The notes under the pieces: generated by a model
Seen by the model: the letters and a program-made list of their open reading frames with translations, nothing else
Databases searched by the model: none
Told to the model about the DNA's origin: nothing
Shown here: piece by piece, positions 59,662-64,000 of the stretch
How the letters are laid out: each line of letters begins with the position of its first letter
Position numbering within the stretch: position 1 is the first letter of the stretch
Program-made: the position numbers and the translations under genes
NCBI GenBank assembly: GCA_017448355.1
Contig: JAFSLQ010000042.1
Coordinates: forward strand, 6,853 to 70,852
DNA: 64,000 nucleotides
From: Clostridia bacterium
GTDB taxonomy: Bacteria; Bacillota; Clostridia; Christensenellales; Borkfalkiaceae
Direction of reading: 5' to 3'

Positions 59662-61539
59662 ATGATAAACGATAAAAACTGTGAATTACCGCTTTATCTA
59701 TTTCATCAAGGCACGAATTATGCCGCCTACGATTATATGGGCGCGCATTTTTCGCACGTTGACGGTAAGGACGGCGTAATTTTTCGCGTTTGGGCGCCGC
59801 GCGCAGATAGGGTATCGCTTGTCGGGGATTTTAACGGCTGGGACATAAATAAAACTCCTATGACGCGTATAAGCGACGGCGGCGTGTACGAGATTTTCGT
59901 ATCGGGACTTAAAGAATTCGACTCGTATAAGTATGCGGTATCGCATGGCGGGAAAACCGTACTTAAAGCAGACCCGTATGCTTTTCACGCTGAAACGTCG
60001 CCCGCTACCGCTTCTAAAATATATTCGCTTGACGGCTATATATGGGGAGACGGAGAGTTCGTTTCAAACAGAAAACAGCCCTATGATAAACCGATAAATA
60101 TCTACGAAGTTAATTTTGCGTCATGGAAGAGACACGCGGACGACAGTTATTATACCTATCGTGAATACGCAAAGGAACTTGTTAAATACGCGCGTGACAT
60201 GCATTACACACATATCGAACTTATGCCCGTATCCGAATATCCTTTCGACGGTTCGTGGGGGTATCAGCCTACCGGGTATTATGCGATAAGTTCGCGTTTC
60301 GGCACGCCGAAAGACTTTATGTTTTTCGTTGACGAGTGCCATAAAAACGGAATCTCTGTAATAATCGACTGGGTTCCCGCGCATTTCCCGAAGGACGAAC
60401 ACGGGCTTTTTGAATTTGACGGTACTCCGTGCTATGAAAATCAGGGGCTTGACCGTCAGGAACATAAGAATTGGGGCACTCGGATTTTCGATTGGGGTAG
60501 AAACGAAGTCCAAAGTTTTTTGGTTTCTAATGCTGTATTCTTGTTCGATAAGTTCCATATTGACGGAATAAGGGTTGACGCAGTCGCGTCGATGCTGTAC
60601 CTTGATTACGACAGAAAACCTGGCGAGTGGATACCTAACGTAAACGGCGGCAATCAGAATTTAGAGGCGATTGCTTTTTTAAGAAAACTGAATACGACCG
60701 TTTTTGAAAGATTTCCAAACGCTTTGATGATTGCGGAAGAGTCTACGGCTTTCCCGCTTATCACAAAGCCTGTGGATATCGGGGGGCTTGGGTTTAATTA
60801 TAAATGGAATATGGGTTGGATGAACGACGTTTTGTCGTATATGTCCTGCGACCCATATTTCAGAAACGGTTGCCACAATAAACTGACGTTTTCTATGTTT
60901 TACGCGTTCAGCGAAAACTTTATTCTGCCTATATCGCACGACGAAGTGGTACACGGTAAAAAATCTTTATTGGATAAAATGCCAGGTAGTATCGAAGAAA
61001 AATTCGCAAACCTTCGCGCTTTTAACACCTATATGTTCGCGCATCCGGGTAAAAAACTTAACTTTATGGGCAACGAATTCGGACAATTTAAGGAGTGGAA
61101 TTATAAAGAAGGATTGGAGTTTTTTATGCTTGACTTCCCGCTTCACAAAAAACTTCACGAATTTAACCGAACTCTCAACGGTATTTATGCTATGACGCCC
61201 GCTTTTTTCGAGATAGAAGACGGCTGGGAAGGATTCGAGTGGATATCCGCCGACGAAAGCAGTAATAACGTTATTTCATTTTTAAGGCGCGACAAAAACG
61301 GAAACGAAGTCGCGTGCGTTATGAATTTTTCGGGCAACGATTATAAAAAATACAGGCTTGGCGTTCCCGAAGGTGAATATGATTTAATACTTAATTCCGA
61401 CGCCAAAAAATTCGGCGGTAACGGTACGATAAGTAAAAAGACATTTAAATCGGTTAAAAAGACGGCTCACGGCAGAGAAAATTCTATTATTTTGACTTTG
61501 CCGCGTTTTACCGGCTTATATTTAAGAAAAAATCCATAG
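59662..61539 (+). CDS. glgB: 1,4-alpha-glucan branching enzyme
   Basis: GH13 motifs [30 protein letters not shown], plus an N-terminal CBM48. Confidence 0.93.
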   Translation: MINDKNCELPLYLFHQGTNYAAYDYMGAHFSHVDGKDGVIFRVWAPRADRVSLVGDFNGWDINKTPMTRISDGGVYEIFVSGLKEFDSYKYAVSHGGKTVLKADPYAFHAETSPATASKIYSLDGYIWGDGEFVSNRKQPYDKPINIYEVNFASWKRHADDSYYTYREYAKELVKYARDMHYTHIELMPVSEYPFDGSWGYQPTGYYAISSRFGTPKDFMFFVDECHKNGISVIIDWVPAHFPKDEHGLFEFDGTPCYENQGLDRQEHKNWGTRIFDWGRNEVQSFLVSNAVFLFDKFHIDGIRVDAVASMLYLDYDRKPGEWIPNVNGGNQNLEAIAFLRKLNTTVFERFPNALMIAEESTAFPLITKPVDIGGLGFNYKWNMGWMNDVLSYMSCDPYFRNGCHNKLTFSMFYAFSENFILPISHDEVVHGKKSLLDKMPGSIEEKFANLRAFNTYMFAHPGKKLNFMGNEFGQFKEWNYKEGLEFFMLDFPLHKKLHEFNRTLNGIYAMTPAFFEIEDGWEGFEWISADESSNNVISFLRRDKNGNEVACVMNFSGNDYKKYRLGVPEGEYDLILNSDAKKFGGNGTISKKTFKSVKKTAHGRENSIILTLPRFTGLYLRKNP

Positions 61540-61550
61540 GGAGATTTTAT

Positions 61551-62735
61551 ATGATAAGGAAAAAGAAATGTGTTGCAATGCTACTCGCCGGCGGGCAGGG
61601 AAGCAGGCTGTATGCTCTCACAAGCGCTTTGGCAAAACCTGCCGTTTCGTTCGGCGGGAAATATAGAATTATCGACTTTCCGCTTTCGAATTGCGTTAAT
61701 TCGGGTATCGATACGGTAGGTGTTCTGACTCAATACCAACCGCTTAAACTTAACGACTATATAGGGAACGGTCAACCGTGGGATTTAGACAGAACTTTCG
61801 GCGGGGTGCATATTTTATCGCCCTATCAGGCAAAGACGTCTTCCGACTGGTATAAGGGTACTGCTAACGCTATTTACCAGAATCTTAATTTTATAAAACA
61901 GTTTGACCCCGATTACGTTCTCATACTATCCGGCGACCATATTTACAAAATGAATTATTCGATAATGCTTAACTACCATATTCTTAAAAACGCAGACTGT
62001 ACGATAGCGGCAATCAATGTGCCGAAATCCGAAGCGTCGCGTTTCGGTATACTCAACACCAAAGAAGACGGCGTTATTTACGAGTTTGAAGAAAAGCCTA
62101 AAAATCCGAAATCCACTCTTGCGTCGATGGGTATTTATATTTTTTCCGCAAAAAAACTTTATAAATATCTGGAAGAAGATAATGCTGACCTTAATTCTTC
62201 CAACGATTTCGGTAAAGATATTCTGCCGAAAATGCTGAACAACGGTGAACGTATGCTGGCTTACGAGTTTGAAGGCTACTGGAAGGACGTTGGAACTATC
62301 GACTCTCTTTACGAAGCGAATATGGACTTGCTTGGCGATAAGCCTAACTTCGATATAAACGATTCGTCTTGGAAAATTCAGTCAAGAAGTCCGCTCGCTC
62401 CGCCGCACTATATCGGAGAAAACGCAAAGACGGTAAACAGCATTATTATGTCAGGTTGTGAAATCTTTGGTTCTGTAGAAAATTCGGTTCTGGCAAGCGG
62501 CGTTATAGTCAAAAAGGGTGCAACCGTTAAAAACAGTATAATTATGGCGGAAACGGTAATCGGTGAAAACAGCGTCGTGGATTATTCGATAATAGACGAA
62601 AACACCGTTATAGGCAAAGATTGCCGTATCGGTGAAAGCAAAGAAAACGCTAAGGGCATAACCGTTCTAGGCAGAGACCTTTGCGTTCAGGATAACAGCA
62701 AAATTGACGGCGGACAAATTGTCGATAAAATATAG
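61551..62735 (+). CDS. glgC: glucose-1-phosphate adenylyltransferase, catalytic subunit
   Basis: [24 protein letters not shown], and a C-terminal LbH. Confidence 0.93.
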   Translation: MIRKKKCVAMLLAGGQGSRLYALTSALAKPAVSFGGKYRIIDFPLSNCVNSGIDTVGVLTQYQPLKLNDYIGNGQPWDLDRTFGGVHILSPYQAKTSSDWYKGTANAIYQNLNFIKQFDPDYVLILSGDHIYKMNYSIMLNYHILKNADCTIAAINVPKSEASRFGILNTKEDGVIYEFEEKPKNPKSTLASMGIYIFSAKKLYKYLEEDNADLNSSNDFGKDILPKMLNNGERMLAYEFEGYWKDVGTIDSLYEANMDLLGDKPNFDINDSSWKIQSRSPLAPPHYIGENAKTVNSIIMSGCEIFGSVENSVLASGVIVKKGATVKNSIIMAETVIGENSVVDYSIIDENTVIGKDCRIGESKENAKGITVLGRDLCVQDNSKIDGGQIVDKI

Positions 62736-62747
62736 GGGGAAAAGACA

Positions 62748-63851
62748 ATGCGTGCAGTAGGAATTATTTTTTCAAATATACACGATAACAGCGTTTCGGA
62801 ATTGTCGAGAATAAGAACGCTCGGTTCTATACCGTTCGGCGGAAGATACCGTTTAATCGATTTTCCGCTTTCTAATATGGTGAACTCCGGAATAGACACA
62901 GTCGGTATAATAACTAAAAGCAATTATCAATCGCTTATGGACCACGTAGGCAGCGGTAAAGACTGGGATTTAGCGCGTAAAGACGGCGGCTTGGTGCTTT
63001 TACCGCCTTACGGCGACGCAAACAGCAGTACACTTTATAATTCGCGACTTGAAGCGCTTAAAGGCATAACGAGTTTTTTGTTCCGCGCGGATGAAGATTT
63101 TGTGGTAATGACCGATTGCGACACTATTTGCCGAATAAATTATAACGACGTTATAGAACAGCACATATTAAATCGTGCGGATATTACGCTCGTTTATACC
63201 AAACTTGAAAATATGGAAAAATCTACGCACTTTGTTCTTGATGGTAGCGGCAGAATTACGGGCGTATATTACAAGAACGAAGTCGTTCCTGAAAAATCTA
63301 ATGTGTTTGCAAACGTTTTCGTTATGAAATTGTCGTTTTTGCAGAACATCGTTATGGATAGCATTACGCACAACAAAGTGCATTTTACCAAGGACGTTAT
63401 TGCGCCTAACCTTGAAAGTATGAAGATTATGGGTTATGAACACAAAGGCTTTTATGCGGGCATAACTTCGCTTCAAGCGTATTATAACAGCAATATGCTT
63501 ATGCTTAACGAGGATATAAGACACGAAATATTCGGCGATAGAAGTGTGTTTACAAAAATTAAGGACTCCGCGCCTACAAAATACGGTAATTCTGCGGTCG
63601 TTAAAAACTCACTTATTGCCGACGGTTGCGAAATTTTAGGCGAAGTAGAAAACAGTATACTATTCAGAAACGTCAAAGTGGGTAGGGGCGCGGTCATAAA
63701 AAACAGTATTGTTATGCAAAACACAATACTTGGCGAAAACTGTATGCTTAACTGTATTATCGCCGATAAAAACGTATCTGTTGCGGGCAGAAAAATTTTG
63801 TCCGGAAGTGAAAATCACCCGTTCTATATCGGAAAGGGAATTATGATATAA
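62748..63851 (+). CDS. glgD: glucose-1-phosphate adenylyltransferase regulatory subunit GlgD
   Basis: GlgC paralogue lacking the GGxGxRL loop (IFSNIHDNS...), directly after glgC as in Firmicutes. Confidence 0.85.
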   Translation: MRAVGIIFSNIHDNSVSELSRIRTLGSIPFGGRYRLIDFPLSNMVNSGIDTVGIITKSNYQSLMDHVGSGKDWDLARKDGGLVLLPPYGDANSSTLYNSRLEALKGITSFLFRADEDFVVMTDCDTICRINYNDVIEQHILNRADITLVYTKLENMEKSTHFVLDGSGRITGVYYKNEVVPEKSNVFANVFVMKLSFLQNIVMDSITHNKVHFTKDVIAPNLESMKIMGYEHKGFYAGITSLQAYYNSNMLMLNEDIRHEIFGDRSVFTKIKDSAPTKYGNSAVVKNSLIADGCEILGEVENSILFRNVKVGRGAVIKNSIVMQNTILGENCMLNCIIADKNVSVAGRKILSGSENHPFYIGKGIMI

Positions 63852-63861
63852 GGAGGTAGGT

Positions 63862-64000
63862 ATGACACACGCAAAATCGGTAAAACCAACAAAAGCGAAA
63901 GCAAAATTACCCAAAATCAGCGTAAAGGAATACAAAAAGATTGTATTTTTAGGTTCGGAAGCCGCACCTTTTATTGCAACGGGCGGACTTGCCGACGTAC
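63862..64000 (+). CDS. glgA: glycogen synthase GlgA, N-terminal part (runs off the window)
   Basis: AAGGAGG RBS. ...IVFLGSEAAPFIATGGLADV is the GlgA N-terminal signature, preceded by a 26-aa Lys-rich extension. Confidence 0.8.
   Translation, partial: MTHAKSVKPTKAKAKLPKISVKEYKKIVFLGSEAAPFIATGGLADV

Overview
This window looks like a densely packed, almost entirely housekeeping chromosomal segment from a low-GC, endospore-forming member of the Clostridia (Bacillota). That assignment is inferred from spoIVA, a hidden spoVM, and Firmicute-type operon orders. The code is standard; TAA, TAG and TGA all end genes.

Gene content, left to right:
- ROK kinase 3' end, a membrane protein, an FAD oxidoreductase, a mini FTR-like protein and a GT4 glycosyltransferase
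- pcrA-ligA
- yicC-rpoZ-priA-def-fmt-rsmB-rlmN-rpe-spoVM
- an MDR-like pseudo-dehydrogenase
- rpmE, a DUF1385::prmC fusion and prfA
- an aminotransferase, an HMGL-family synthase, a mini P-loop protein, thrC and trpS
- a DUF5685-like protein, a J-like cysteine-string protein and a membrane protein
- rlmD, a Y-family polymerase with a YolD-like partner, and maf
- rhaA and an aldolase
- an AbrB-like protein with an ABC-2 exporter
- (minus strand) a membrane protein, an AlkD-like protein and mtnN
- a GlmU acetyltransferase half, glmM and glmS
- a membrane protein, pncB, a DivIVA-like protein, lspA, rluD, der, plsY and spoIVA
- an ArsR-family regulator with a Cd/Zn P-type ATPase
- (minus strand) a NitT/TauT-type ABC importer
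- valS, then pgi-glgB-glgC-glgD-glgA

I saw no rRNA, tRNA, CRISPR array, transposase, integrase, prophage or recognisable defence genes.

I do not see a clear new multi-gene system. The best candidate for something uncharacterised is the translationally coupled trio at 26462-28457: a Cys-motif DUF5685-like protein, an HPD-less J-like protein ending in a 7-Cys string, and a polytopic membrane protein.

Other points worth a second look:
- a stand-alone GlmU acetyltransferase half sitting where cdaA-cdaR normally precede glmM
- the DUF1385::PrmC fusion
- an MDR protein that has lost its catalytic zinc ligands
- a self-contained 135-aa P-loop gene
- an unannotated spoVM
- an apparently leaderless pcrA
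- a G8 tract in the RBS of the AbrB-like gene
- paired ArsR-type operators

All functional calls rest on reading motifs and synteny by eye. No database searches were run.
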